A stretch of DNA of 64,000 bases from Eledone cirrhosa (taxonomy: Eukaryota). This document shows, piece by piece, positions 12,876-26,553 of this stretch (its first letter is position 1; each line of letters opens with the position of its first letter). The notes below the pieces were generated by a model. It searched no databases. It had not been told where the DNA came from and saw only the letters and a program-made list of their open reading frames with translations. The position numbers and the translations under genes were made by a program. The stretch is from positions 62,124,001 through 62,188,000 of the forward strand of contig OZ024744.1 of the NCBI GenBank assembly GCA_964016885.1, given 5' to 3'.

Positions 12876-14011
12876 ATTTACATTTTAGAGTCTACAGTGA
12901 GTTAGCAGACTGGGTGGTTTTATACAGGTATAAGCAAATGAAAAGAAAATTATTTTTTTTAATCGACAGGTAAGTTAAAAGTAGGTTTCCACTCACAGCT
13001 GATCATACTTCGCAATTGAGAAAGTGTTTATTTATACACCCACTTTTTCAATGTTCCCATCATGTTCATTTTATCTTTGTTTTTTGTTGTTTTTTTTTGC
13101 TTTGCTTTGTTTATTTTTTTTATGTTGGCGTGTATGATGTGTCATCAGAGTCTGAAATTATGACAGGTCAGAGAAACATGACTTGCTCATACATTCCATA
13201 TTTTGGCATGGTTTCTATGGCTGAATGCCTTCCTAATGCCAACCAGTATACACTTTATTATGGTGTCAGCACTTCTATTTTACAGAGTGTGCTGGGTTCA
13301 TTTTAATGCAATATTGTAAAATAAATACTTTGCAAAAATTAACAACCAGAACATGGAATTAGAAGAGACTCCATGCTCAAAATTGCCACTACTAGATTCT
13401 AAAATCCAGACACACCTGTGAGTACCCCACCTCACCATACTATCAAAAGTCACTCCTTCCAACCTACTCATTACCCTGTAAAATCCCACCATGTCATACA
13501 CCTTCCTTCTCTCAAACCCTCCACACACACAGGGTACAGGGGTTCTTCAGGTGAGACAATGACAACCTCTAGTGCTGGGGCCACAAAATTCCACACAGTA
13601 CACCATATAAGGTGGTTGGAGAAATGAAAAGCACCCTGCTGTTGTAGCCATGTGAAAAAGAGTTGAGGACACTTCTGTTCTATCAACAACATGACAGTCT
13701 CTCTAGTGTTGGTAACCTACATGATAAACATACCCAATACATGCAGTACAGTGGTTGGTGATAGGAAGGGCATCCAGTTGTAGAAAACTTGCCAAACAAA
13801 GGATCAGGAGGACCCTTCAGCTATATCAATGACAACTTCCCTAGTGTTGGTGTCATGATAAAATGCACTAAGTAGAGTGTAGGAGTGTATGTGAGCAAGA
13901 CGCAGGAACCCAGTCTATTTGATGAGAAGTTAGTAGCTTTGCTCGAGTACTGACTTGGTCTGAAGACCCATCCAGCCCTTACCAGTAGGGAAAACAGATG
14001 TTAAATGATTT

Positions 14012-14370
14012 TAGTAGGCACCTCTTAACCAAATATACACCCCAACCCACTACCCCGACTCCCCTTTCTCTGTAAAGTTATGTTGGTACCACAGAACATC
14101 CACTCCACATTAAAGTGGTCGTGTAGGTGACATGACAAAAAACACCCAGTACACGCTGTAAAGTGGTAGTGTAGGAAACACTGTAAAAAGGCTCCCAGTC
14201 CACACTGTAAATGTGGTTGATGTTAGGAAGGGCATCCAGCCGTAGAAAACCTGCCAGATACAGTCCTATACAAGTGAGACACGGTCACCCTATCAATCTT
14301 GCCTCAAGTGGGACAATTCCCGTCTAACCCATGCTAGCATGAAAGATAGATGTTAAAAGATGATGATGGT
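14012..14370 (+). mobile_element. RTE 3' UTR copy
   Basis: Matches 2474-2835 from GTAGGCACCTCT to the GAT tail. Confidence 0.85.
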
Positions 14371-14814
14371 GAAATATATAAGGCACTGATGTCTTATAAG
14401 TACATTTAGGTTTTTTCCACAAAATTCTATGGCAGGAACAAAAGGTCCATAACAACGCCAAAAATAAATATATACATCAAAAGATAAGGTGTCAAAAAAA
14501 CATAACAAATGGTGAGATGCTGCTTTGGAGGAGATTCACATGCCAGCATGTAAAAACACAAAAATGATAAGGGGGAGAAGATGATGGTGGGGATGTTGAT
14601 GATGGTTTTACAGCTGGTTGCTTTTCCTTACCTTAGTCACTAAGAATTGAGACAATATACTTCTTACCACGCTTATAGAATTAACATACATCTAGTATGC
14701 ACCACATTCCCTTCCCCCTTCAATGTCCTAACACTCCACCTTTTGCACACGCCCTAACACCACCTTTCACACACATCCTAACACTCCATCCTTCACCCAA
14801 GTCCTAACACACAC

Positions 14815-15045
14815 ACACCCAGTCCCCACTGTAAAGTGGTCATGTAGGTGCCACAATAAAAAGCACCCTGTCCACAATGTAAATGTGGTTGGTGTTAGGA
14901 AGGGCATTCAGCCATAGAAACCAAGCCAGAAACAAGTTCTGTATGAACAAGACATGGTCACCTAATCTGACTTGTCTCAAATGGAGCAACTTGTCTAACC
15001 CTTGCTGGCATGGAAAAATGGACATTAAATGGTGATGGTAATGAT
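14815..15045 (+). mobile_element. RTE-3'-end-related element
   Basis: CACTGTAAAGTGGTCATGTAGG...AGGAAGGGCATTCAGCC...CATGGAAAAATGGACATTAAATGGTGATG. Confidence 0.8.
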
Positions 15046-15130
15046 AAAGAGCCAACATTAAAGACTCCACTAACTGATCACTCAACTTGCTAGAAATATA
15101 TAAATCCCTTTCAAATCACACCCTACTGCC

Positions 15131-15337
15131 TTAACACTTATAACCATATTTCTAATGAAATACAATGTGTTTGACTTTATGAAAAATTTGGAGGGATTTA
15201 CTAAAATTATTAATTATTTCATGATATAAACAAAAAGTAAAGTTTATATATATAATAATATTGTAAGATTTTAATTTAAATAGGAGCCCTTGAACCAAAG
15301 GTAGTTTTAGACAGGTTGGTATCAAAAGGGCTTTAAA
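15131..15337. mobile_element. MITE family B (TTAA-flanked), degraded
   Basis: TTAACAC...CATATTTCTAATGAAATAC at one end and GGTTGGTATCAAAAGGG at the other; shared with 18054-18445, 21228-21576, 39830-40687. Confidence 0.65.
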
Positions 15338-15807
15338 AGCGTTATGTTAGACAGTACTGGTATCATAAGGATTAAGCCTTCAACTAGTTTTAGTTTAAGA
15401 CAGGTGTCTTAAACACACAACCCACAGGCCATATACAGCCCATAAACTACTTTTCCTTGGCTCACACCAGAACAATTTTTGTGACTAATACTTTCCTAAA
15501 AACTTGGTAATTCATCCCTTGTGTATGAATGTAGGTGTTTATATACGTGTGTAAAATTTGAAGCAGAAAATTGGTTCTATATTTTGTACTAATTCACATA
15601 TACCACTTACTATCACATATATATTCATATTGTTGAAAAAATAAATAACAGCCTATCAGTTATATTGCATCTTACTTTTGGCCCACTGTACCTCCTCCCC
15701 ATGATATTTTTGAGTCCTTGAGTTTGAGAACCCTGTTTAAGATATTGGCAATTTAACAGATACAGGTACAATGCTAATTTGCCAGCAACTGATGGTCTGG
15801 TACCTAC

Positions 15808-15995
15808 TTAACCCTTTTCATACCAACCCACCTGAAAGTGGCTCTAGTTCTATGATACAAAACGTATTTTAAAGTGTTCATATTTATATCAAGCTTCCGT
15901 AGTATTTTTTTTTTTTATTTCTGTCAAATGATGTTTCAAATAGCAACTTACTAAGGATAATGTAGTTACTTTATTAAATTTCTCCAATTCTTTTC
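15808..15995. mobile_element. MITE family B, one end only
   Basis: TTAACCCTTTTCATACCAACCCACCTGAAA...; breaks off at the LINE fragment. Confidence 0.7.
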
Positions 15996-17330
15996 AACGA
16001 AAAGTTTCCCAGTCAATCTCAGGGTGATTGAAGTCTCCTGCAATAAAAACATAAGTGGCTGTTTTCCTGGCAGCAGCTCTGAGGATATCACAAAGTTGAG
16101 TGTCATGATGGTAATTTGGGGGACGGTAAACGACTCCAAGTAGCAGTGTTGACATGGTCATATGTATATCGTAGAAAAATACTTCCTGCTGTGATTGGTT
16201 CAAATCAACATGAATTGCTGAAAAATTTGACCAAACGTAGACCATTACACCACCACCACCATCACCATCACCACGATTAATGCGGTCTTTACAAAACAAG
16301 TTGTAGCCAGCTATGCTGAAAACCCTATCACAGAGTAAGGTGAGGAATGTGCCCATGTTTCCGTGACTATGAAGTCAGGGTCGATACTTTTGACGTAGGA
16401 GTCAAAAAGATGTATCTTATTGCATAGACTACGTGCATTTAAGGACAATTTGTACCTTGATTTCAGTCTATGATTATGTACAGGGGATGGCAGGTTGTTC
16501 TGATTTAGTTTCCCAGAGTTTTTTCAGTTTTTTATTGTCAGTTGTTTGTGGGTACAGTATTTTCAGACCAGCTGGTATCTCTGTTTCACCAGCCTTAATA
16601 AACTTCCATATCTGCCCCTCATCATGTAGGCTGAAGCTTTCATGTTCTGCTGAGTTGCGGTTTAAGGAAGCTGCAGCATGCAGCTTTGGGCGGACATCAG
16701 GTGGAAGACCAGTGCGTGTTCGGAAAGCAATCCGACTTTCACGCCTAGCTTTATCAGAGGCCAAAAGATATGAACATGCCTCAGTTGAGTTCGAAAAAGT
16801 CTAATTAGCGTCGGTTTCAGACCTGGTCAGCCAAGGCGTAGATCACCCTCCGGGGGGGGGGGGGGGGGGGGGGGGCAGCTCAAGTCTTTGGATGAAGTGG
16901 CAGCAAATTTCTGAAGATCAACTATGTCTTCTGGTACACCAATGGCAATCACTTCGTGTTTACAGATTCAGTGGCATTCTCAATGCGTCTAGGTTTGGCA
17001 AGAGGTACACGGAGATTTTTTAACAAGGCACTCCGGTAAGATCCCTCATTGTGAGGTTCTACACAAACGCTTGATTTGATTCCCGCTATTTCTTGGCTTA
17101 AAGCAGAAATCATTTGCTGTTTTTCCTCAAACTCCGTATTGACGGTCAATTTTTGTTCTTCTTCAACAGGTATGGTAGGGGAAGACACAGTCGTCGGTGG
17201 TTGTTGTTGTTGAAAAGTAACGGGGGAGGAAGACATGGGTTGCTGTTGTTGATGAAGTCCTTCAACAGGGGTAGTAGCAGAAACTACAGTCGTTGGTTTG
17301 TGAGCTTTTGGTTATGCAGTGCTACAAATA
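15996..17330 (-). mobile_element. CR1/L2/Jockey-group LINE 5' part: ORF1 remnant plus N-terminal AP endonuclease; RT absent
   Basis: Minus strand LNARSLCNK...PDFIVTETW, then after frameshift GYNLFCKDR..GGGVMVYV, GVVYRPP, AGDFNHPEIDW; upstream ORF pieces 16474-16764 and 16949-17236 are ORF1-like by position. Confidence 0.85.
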
Positions 17331-17349
17331 GCATATTAATAATGAAATA

Positions 17350-17539
17350 ATTGTATTTTTGTGCTAAAGGCTTTACCTGACATAAGATATCACCTAATAT
17401 TGAATCTGAGATTTTGATTTTTTTTTTTTTAGAACAAGATCTTAACATAAATAATGAGTGGCCAATTACAGCCAATTTGAACAGAAAGAGGTGAGAAAAT
17501 TCTGGGCGGATATGGCTGGTTTAAATGCTAAAGGGTTAA
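17350..17539. mobile_element. MITE family A lacking left end
   Basis: Interior plus TAAATGCTAAAGGGTTAA right terminus. Confidence 0.8.
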
Positions 17540-18053
17540 TTCAAATACAGTGTATTACATGAAAAACATTATAATGAAGGGGTTAACTTATGTTGCTTAT
17601 CAAGTACATTGTGCATTAAGGGGCAACAAATCTAAGGTGTGTGTGTGTGAGTGTGTGTGTATGTGTTCATTTATTTGTATCATTACAATACTCTAGCAGT
17701 ACTCTAGTGTAAAGCATATTTTAAGATATGTAATGTGTAAGTAGATTTTATCTTAACCATATTACCTTGTACTACACCAGTAATACCAAATCTTGTGATA
17801 TGGGTGTCAACAGTGACTCATGATTGATATTGATAAAAGACAAAAAAAAAAAAATTTATAAACTCATCGCAATTACAATGCTATAAAAATCTTATCTTTA
17901 GACATTTACCTAAAACTAAACTACATGTAAGTGACACTCCAATACCAGGATGTTGAAATACACAAACCAAACTCATATGTTAGATGCATTTCTTCTATAT
18001 CACATTCTTTCATTTATCCATTCTGTCCCAACAGAGTTATCATTGTTTTTCTT

Positions 18054-18445
18054 TTAACCCTTTTGATATCAACTCTGGTTCTATGAAGCAAAATCATCCA
18101 CCTTAATCCAATAGTATTTAAACCGGCCCTAATTCTCTCACCTCTCTGTTCAAACTGGTCATAACCGGCTGCTCATATTTATGTTAAAGTATTGTTCTCC
18201 AAATAAATATCAAAATTTCGTACATTCGATGTTTACCACAAAAATACAATAGTAAATATAGAGTAATGTAAATGCTAAAGGGTTAAAGAGTTCCTATTTA
18301 AATTTTCCAGCATAATTTTATATAAGAGCTATATGTTTATTTACTAGCTTAGTAATGAAACAATTTTAGTAAATCCTTCAAAAGTATTCATTAATTAATT
18401 GAAATAGAGTGTATTTCATTAAAAATATGGGAATGACAGAGTTAA
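18054..18445. mobile_element. MITE family B containing nested MITE A (18103-18286)
   Basis: Outer TTAACCCTTTTGATATCAAC...GAGTTAA; inner element bounded by TTAA on both sides. Confidence 0.8.
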
Positions 18446-19347
18446 CTGTGAATAAAATAAAAGGGAGATAATGCTTATTTTCTTTTATTGTCTGGTATTT
18501 TAAAACAAAATGGAAAAGTAGTCAATTAATTGTGGACAACATAAAAACAAAAGTACTATTTCTCTAACTTACAATGTATTTCTTCTACATCACTTTTTTT
18601 TTCTCTGTGTGTGTGTGTGTGGTGGTGGTGGTGGTGGTGGTGGTCGGGGGGGGGGGGGGGCAAATGTGTTACCCCCAGGGTGGTGAAAGAAATTAAAATG
18701 CCAACATACTGGGATAAAGATGCTTCCTATCAATGTGCCACCAGACCAATTGTTTTGGGGACGTGTCCTACATCCTCCTTCTTGCTTAAACTACAGTAAA
18801 CCTGTGAGCCCATATTCTAACCTCCAATACAAAATCTTATACTCTAACCCAGAGTCTCAAAATGGGTGCTACCACTTCCTGGGGGACATTGAGAAGGTCC
18901 AGCAGGCACTGGGAGCATTGGGGATGGGCAGTAGAGATGATACAATAGTATATTAAATATCAAATGATACATAAATATATATTTTTTATTCTACTATATT
19001 TATATATAGTATATAATATAATATATACTAACGATTTTATTTATTGTATATTATTTACAATTTGTGTGTAGGCAGGTCTCTCTGGAAATAGGGGGGGGGG
19101 GGGGGGTATTACATGTCCATGAGGGAGGGGGTAGCACAAAAAGTTTGAGAGCTGCTCTAACTTATAGTGCAAAATTCTTACCAATTTACAAAATATGTCT
19201 ACCTGTCTGCTATTTAAGTGCAGCAGAATTTCCCTGCTGTACCGAATTATGAGATTTATAATTTCTAGTTCAGTTTCAATTTTACAATATCTTAACTCTT
19301 AATGTTCTGAACTGCATTAGTAAGTCATTCTTGACTGCATCACATTA

Positions 19348-19470
19348 AATAATTGTTTCTACTTTTGGCACAAGGCCAGCAATTATCCCAGTACATTACT
19401 GGTGCTTTATTTTATCGACCCCCTAGGATGAAATGCAAAGTTATCCTCGGCAGGATTTGAACTCAGATCA
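19348..19470 (-). mobile_element. SINE S1, 5'-truncated
   Basis: Matches reverse complement of 49950-50070. Confidence 0.85.
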
Positions 19471-19687
19471 ATACTGCCGGTCTCTAGTTTACTGCAAATT
19501 TTCACAACAATCTGTCCATAAGTAAAGATACTATAAACATTTCAATTATCAAACCCACATTTAGATATTTTCAACTATATCATCACAGGATGTTAGGAGT
19601 TAACATATACAATGGGTTATATATTTTGAATTGAGGTTTTGTAGATCCAGTAGATAAGTCACATGCTGGGGGGGGGGGGGGGTTCAT

Positions 19688-19925
19688 GCAGCAGCAGCGT
19701 TAGTAGCAGTAACAGTAGTGATAGTAGTAGTAGTAAGTCATAATAGTAATAATAGTAATAGTAGTAATAATAATAGTAGTAATAGAAATAATAGTAGTAG
19801 TAGTAAGAGTAGTAATAGTAATAGTAGTAGTAATAGTAATAGTAGTAATAATAGTGGTGTGGTGGTGGGTGGGTGGTGGTGATGGGTGGGTGGTAATGGT
19901 GGTAGTGGTGGTAGTAGTAGCAACA
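19688..19925. repeat. (TAG/TAA)n then (GGT)n trinucleotide tract
   Basis: Direct reading. Confidence 0.9.
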
Positions 19926-20503
19926 GTATGTTTTTGGCAGAGAGTTGTCAGTGCCAGTCAGTCTCTTACCACTAATGTCAACTTCAACTTTAACTTCATT
20001 TAATTGGGATGTTATTTATTTTCCCCTCGCAGACATGAAATAATCACAAGTGATTATTGTAGCGCTCTGTCAGTTTATATCATATTAAAAACATAATAAT
20101 AATAAAAAAAGAAGATATATCTAGGGAACATTTTTTTTAAAACACCCTATTTCATGACCTTAAATCTGTTAGTGTGGAAAGAATTAACTAAAAGTTGGTA
20201 ATCTGTTCCAAATTCCTTAACTCAATATTCTGTACTCCACGAAAGCATATTAGTAAGGCATTCTTGAAAAATATAAAACTATATAATGATTGCATCACAT
20301 TCAAAATTTAATTCTAATATTGCAAATGTTCACAATAATCTGACAACTAGAAAAGATACTATAAACATTTAAATTGAACCACATGAAATCACATTAGTAA
20401 GACATTCTTACAAAGTACTTCACAAAACTATGTCACTACATATCACCTTAAAAATTGAAGTCTTTACTGTAATACTGCAATTTTTACAATGATTTGTCTA
20501 TAC

Positions 20504-20672
20504 TAAGGTTTCCCAAATTTTTTTCAAACACGGAACACTTTTTGGTTCAGAAACTTTTGGGGGTACCCCCAAAGTCTAATACTGTTATATGGTCATAAAA
20601 TAAATATACTCCTCTACCTTTTTTCTCAGAACCCCAGGCACTCCTTTGCGGAATCCACTTTAGGAACAATTG
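20504..20672. mobile_element. hAT (Charlie-like) MITE
   Basis: 8-bp direct repeat GTCTATAC at 20496-20503 and 20673-20680; degenerate TIRs TAAGGTTTCCCAAA / TTTAGGAACAATTG. Confidence 0.7.
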
Positions 20673-21227
20673 GTCTATACTAAAATGTTTTAATTAAATC
20701 ACATGAAACTACTAGAGCAAAGAATTCTTGAAAATTACAAATCAGCACATGACTGAATCACATTAAAAATTAAGCTCTTTAATACTGCAAACTTTCACAA
20801 TGATATGTCCACTAATAAAGCTACTATAAACATTTGAATTAAACTTTTTTTTTTTTGTTTAGATATTTTCTGCTAAATCATTACAGGATGTTAATAGTTA
20901 ATATAGAGAAAAGATAAACCCTACAAGATTGCAAAATAAGACTGTCTTATTATATAACACGAAGATGTGTAATGTTTGATAAGACTACTGTTATTTTAAA
21001 GCAGCACCAACATATTTCTAATAGTATATGATGTATAGGGTTAGATAAGGACTGCTGGTTTTGATAATTGCCCCCCCCCCCCCCCCCCTCTATGTATCTA
21101 AAGTGACAGACTAAAAAGAATTAATGTTGGGTAGAGAAAGGGATGGGAGAAGAATGTCAAATTTATCTCAGATGTGATGAGCAAACAACTAAAAAGCACA
21201 GTTGGAAGGCAAAGAAATAAATGGTTC

Positions 21228-21576
21228 TTAACCTTTATGTTACTGTATATCTAACAAAAGATGCTTTTCAAATAATTTTTTTTAATAATAAAAAATTTGG
21301 GATTTATTCATTTAACTTCTCATTAAAGGATCGAGTTCAAATCCCACCGAGATCAACTTTGCCTTTCATCCTTACGGGGTCGATGAAATAAAGTACCAGT
21401 GATGCACTGGGATAATTGCTGGCCTTGTGCCAAAAGTAGAAACAATTATTAGGTTGTTATTAACAAAGGTTCTTACATAAAATTATAATAGAGGGTTTTT
21501 AGATAAATATAAACACTTTAAAACAGTTTCATAAGACCAAGGGTGGTTTCAGGTGGTTTGCTAGCAAAAAGGTTAG
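21228..21576. mobile_element. MITE family B with nested + strand SINE S1 (about 21328-21450)
   Basis: TTAACCTTTATGTTACTGTAT...GGTGGTTTGCTAGCAAAAAGGTTAG around GAGTTCAAATCCC...GTAGAAACAATT. Confidence 0.75.
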
Positions 21577-22369
21577 TTTTGTTGTCCAACTAACTCCTTA
21601 TAACTAAGCCTTTCAATTGAATTCTTCCTTGTGTTAAATTTGAATTACTTTGTTGTTCCTAAATGAAACTATGAAAAGAAATTGTTATGAAACTTCAATA
21701 GGACCAATTAGCCTTGAATTTCAATCAAAGAATACCCTCCCCACTTTCCAAAAAAACATTAACTCTTCAATTTACATAATCAATTACTAAAACTATTAAC
21801 CAGACACCCTTTACTAAATGACACATAACCGTTTGAACTGAAAATCAATAATCAATAAATCCTACAATTTTTTTTTTTTTTTTTTTTTAAACTGACTACT
21901 ACCATTTAGATTAGGCCCTTCCCTCTGAAACATAGTTACCTGAGCTTCATTTCCTATTGCAACTATTTCTTGTACCATCTACCTTTGTTTTACTCAACTG
22001 CCTTAATCATCAATTGTTAATTGTAGTTTTTAATTAAAAATCATATCAAAGAACAACTACTCTATTAATGAGTTGAAGCAAAGACATTTCCTATATAGTT
22101 AATTGCTTGACCTGCTAAAGAAAATAACAAAACTGCCTTCAAATTATACCCTACTGAAAGGAAAATTTTAGCTCAGAATTTGAACGTACATATATAAATT
22201 ATCGACAAAAATCAGGAGATATAAAGTTGTTAAAATGAAAAAATGTTTAAATAACATAGCTTTAAACATTTGCCGGAGCCCAAAGGGACCCCATCGACCC
22301 ACAAAGGGTTAAAAAGGACAGAAGCCCACCTTAGATAATGTAGTGCATACACACATACACATTAAGTTG

Positions 22370-22500
22370 CCACACAGTTTCTGTCTCATAAATTCCACTC
22401 ACTCTGTGCATTAGTCAACCTAAGGCTATAGTAGAAGACACTTGCCCAATGTGTCACATAGTTGGACCAAACCTAAAACCACACAGCCATGTCTGAGCCT
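22370..22500 (-). mobile_element. SINE S2 (tRNA/CORE-like)
   Basis: Reverse complement AGGCTCAGACATGGCTGTGTGG...TTGGGCAAGTGTCTTCTACTATAGCC. Confidence 0.75.
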
Positions 22501-23891
22501 ATATAAATATTTGTTCAGTCTTATTCAAGTCACATATAAATTAGTTAACAAACCCTTGCCTTTATTATAGATCTTTTTCATAAAGTCTGCAGAAAAATTA
22601 TCTACTGTACAGTTTAGTTCCATATTTTCAAGAGCAATAAAAATAGTTCTCAATAATAACAGTCCGAAAACTCAACTTGAATTTACTTCATGCTTACTTT
22701 TGTAATTCAGTACACTAACCTATCAGTTACATTCAGAGGGTCCATGAGAAGTTCAAAATTTCAAATACTTTGTTTTAAAAAAAACAAAAAAACATGATAT
22801 ATACACACACTAATGGGTATCCATTCTTTTAAGTATAAATATTCTCATGTTATTTTCACCCTATAATAATCTAATGGGGGGGGGGGGGGATATAATTGTA
22901 GTGTTTAATTGTGTTTAAACAAAAGGGATCGTTTGTAATGAAAAGGTTGAGAACCACTCAAATAGGGATTAGTTGTATGCACACATGCATGGGACGTTAA
23001 CTTCTGATGTAGTCGTAGAAGCACTGTAGTGATATACAGCATGTCTTGGGTATTTTAAATCTGGGGGAGCCCATCTCTCTCTCCAGAAAAATCGACCCCA
23101 GTACTGGACTAGTACTTTATCTATCTCAAAAGGATAAACAGCAAAGTTATATACTTTTCTGAATAATGCCTATTGGTGAAAGTTAATATGATATAAAAAT
23201 TTGATTTTCTCCTCAGTCAAGTAGCTTTGTTTAGTGATCTCTTAGTTGAAAATTCCCTTTCTATGGACATCTTAGTGCATAAGTCCATGTATGAACATGA
23301 TTTGAACCAATCAAACATTGGCATTCATCTGACGTATCTATTACAAAACAGTTAACAACAGATTAGTTTGTTTATAGGCAATGAATTGGTAATGTTGTTA
23401 GGACATCAGATTAAATGCCTCGGTGGTTGTTCCAGCTTACTGCACAGTTTCTATCAGTGTTGACTTTGCTTTTCAGGGTTAATAAATAAAAGTGTCAGTC
23501 TAGTGGCAGTGGATTGACAGAAATGCTAAAGAGTTGGGTAGACGTGATACTTTGCAGTATCTAGTTCATCTCTGTGTTCTGATTTCAAATCTCATGTCTT
23601 TCTGTGAGGAGTTACAACCGGCATATAGTATCAGCTATTATAAAGATCAATAGAAACATCTTCCTTTGTTTGATCTATTCAAATACCATCAATCAATTAC
23701 TGATAATGATTTTTACACAGCTTCTACACACAGTTGTGCTTTTCCACAAACTACATCTTCACAAGCTTAAAATAATTGAGAGAAACTGGAACAAAAAAAA
23801 AAAAATTTCTTGAAACAGTTACTTAAGATTTCACTATTAACTACAATATATACTCATGTATAAGTAGTTACACTGATAGACAAGTCCTCAT

Positions 23892-24520
23892 TTCCCTCGT
23901 TTTTCCATGATCGCATGGGTTAGACAGGTCTTTTTCATTACAGCATCTCTCCATTCATCATGTTCCTTTGTCAGCTGTGAGTCTCACCAATTTAAGATCA
24001 GGCTCTCACCACCTTGTTCTTCAGTTCTTCCTTGGTCTGCCTCTACTAAGTCTTCTTTCTTCTTGCAATGCGGAATACTTCAAGTCTTTGAACCTCATGT
24101 CGCAAGACATTGGTAAACTTTCTTCCTTCAACCTCTTTCAAAATTATATATATCTGTCGTCTAGCTTCTCTCTTAGTTACCTGGTACTGGTCTCTACTAT
24201 CCTCATTTTTCCATGTCTGTCTCTTGGCTTTAATGTCTCTATCCACTATACTATTCCACCACCAGGTCACCCTCTATCTGACTGGTACTTTACTCCAGCC
24301 ACGAGTCTCATTGTCCTCTATGATATATGTATCTAATTCATCACCCCTCTCATCAAATGCATCCGGTAATCCCATAGGACCTTTCCAAACATAGTTAACA
24401 GAAAGGTCTTTTAGCTTCCAAACCTTACATCTCCATATTTTCCTGCATATCTTGTTCCATCTTGTGTTTATCCTGATGTCTCTAATAACTGATTTGTGTT
24501 GGGTGGCACATTCTTTCCCT
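23892..24520 (-). mobile_element. Internally deleted old RTE element
   Basis: Minus strand EECATQH, IWR...VWKLK, VTWWWN, EVFRIAR, then directly GRPRKN and the AACCCATGCGATCATGGAAAA terminus. Confidence 0.8.
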
Positions 24521-24953
24521 TAGTATATATTATTGTCTTATCTCTCTTATACACACATTTACAATGCACAATGTATTTCCATCACCATAAGTTGTTGCCT
24601 CATCAGAAGTAATGATTTGTTGGGTAGTAGTGATAAATTGCCAATAAAGTTGAGAAGTTGGTTAAGTTTCTAAACATACAACATTGTATAACAAGTTGAG
24701 AAAATGACCTCTCAACTGACTTCATGTTTGAACAACTGGAGATAAACTCTGATCTATAGATCCTCATAATTCAAAAGCAAAGTGACAAAATATGCCATCA
24801 TAGGCCAAGAAATATAAGTGATATGACAAATAAATTTGATGTTAAAATGGGGGTTCATATTTTCACCAACTTCAACATCTACATTAAAAAAAGGTGCCAA
24901 AATATCTGGAGAGATACATAGATACTTCAGGTGATTTATATAAGGACCATATG

Positions 24954-25172
24954 TTAAGCCTTTAGCATTTACATTACCCTATGTTTACCATTGTATTTTC
25001 AAGGTAAAGGCTTTATTTTACACAATTATCTCATAATTTTGAATGAGATTTTGATATTTATTTTGAGAATACCTTAACATAAATATAAGCAACTGGTTAT
25101 TGTCGGTTTGAAAAGTAAGAGGTGAGAAAATTCTGGCCAGATACAGCCGGTTTAAATGCTAAAAAGGGTTAA
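24954..25172. mobile_element. MITE family A copy
   Basis: TTAAGCCTTTAGCATTTAC...TAAATGCTAAAAAGGGTTAA. Confidence 0.85.
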
Positions 25173-25501
25173 GTTACTATTTTAGTAATGAAATAATAAT
25201 TTTAGTAAATCCTCAAAATTATTAATTATTTGAAATAGAATGTATTTCATTGTAAATAGGAGCATAAAACTTGATCATTGGTCCTATAATACTAATCATG
25301 AACCTGAGAAAGATATCATTATTAACCAAATAGTAAAACTATTTATTAGTCCTACTGTGAATTGAAAGTTGTGCCACAAACTTGGTTTGATGGTGATTTA
25401 TTTTGAAATTCCATGGTAATCACAAATGTATTAGAAAGCCAAAACTGCATACCTAAAAAAATTAGAGCACCATTCCCATGTTTTGACAGCATGATAAATG
25501 G

Positions 25502-25630
25502 GTGTAATGTCATGTATAAACCACAGCACACCACCACCGCAACACAACACCAGTGTAATGTCATGTATAAACCACAACACACCAACACCACCAACACAAC
25601 ACACTGAAACACAACACACCACCGCTGCAA
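25502..25630. repeat. 51-bp-period direct repeat plus CA-rich tract
   Basis: GTGTAATGTCATGTATAAACCACA occurs twice. Confidence 0.75.
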
Positions 25631-25758
25631 CACACCTCTTCTAGTGCACTTCTTACTATCCATCTATTGTTACTACAACAGTGTAATATTATATATTATA
25701 TACAACAAATTGTAACTTGTATACATAATAGTAATGTTTCATTAATACATGTAATAAT

Positions 25759-25953
25759 AATAGTTTCTGATATAGACACAAGGCCAACAATTCTGGGAAA
25801 GGGGAAAGTCAATTAAATCGACCCCCAGTGTATTACTGGTACTTTATTTTATCAAACCCTGTAAGGATGAAAGGCAAAGCTATCCTTAGCAGAATTTGAA
25901 CTCGGAATGAAAAGAGCCGTAACTTTGCCATAAAGCATGTTGTCTGATGCTCT
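25759..25953 (-). mobile_element. SINE S1 (long variant) with 18-bp TSD
   Basis: ATTAATACATGTAATAAT at 25741 and 25954 flanks the S1 body. Confidence 0.85.
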
Positions 25954-26295
25954 ATTAATACATGTAATAATTATTACTACTTTGATATTGTGATACTAAT
26001 ACTTTAATATAATAAAAGAAAACCACCATTTTACCAGAGAAGTAAAATGGCTATTAAGATATAAAGTGTTGGATTTACTAACCACACAATCTGAGTTCAA
26101 ACCTTACCATAGTCATTGTGTGTTACTTTTCTAGATTTCAGATGGGTTATAGGAAGAAAAATAAAATTATATATATGGTACCAGGAAAAAACTAGGCAGG
26201 AAGATGTGGACAGAAGTAGAATTTATTGTGTAATCTATCTTAACATGTGTTTCTGTACAATTACATAACAGTCTACATCTGCTGACTACATTATA

Positions 26296-26553
26296 TAATT
26301 GTTTCTACTTTTAGGCACAAGGCCAGCATCACCCAGTGCATTACTGGTACTTTATTTTATCGACCCTGTAAGGATGAAAGGCAAAGTCAACCTCGGCGGG
26401 ATTTGAACTCAGATCGTAAAGGGACGTAACTATGCTGGAAAGCATGGCGTCCGACCCTCCACCGATACTGCCAATCTGACTACATTATATAATTGTTTCT
26501 ACTTTAGGCACAAGGCCAGCAATTACCTAGTGCATTACTGGTACTTTATTTTA
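26296..26553 (-). mobile_element. Near full-length SINE S1 (to 26475) adjacent to an S1 3' fragment
   Basis: CTGACTACATTATATAATT duplicated at 26282 and 26476. Confidence 0.85.
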
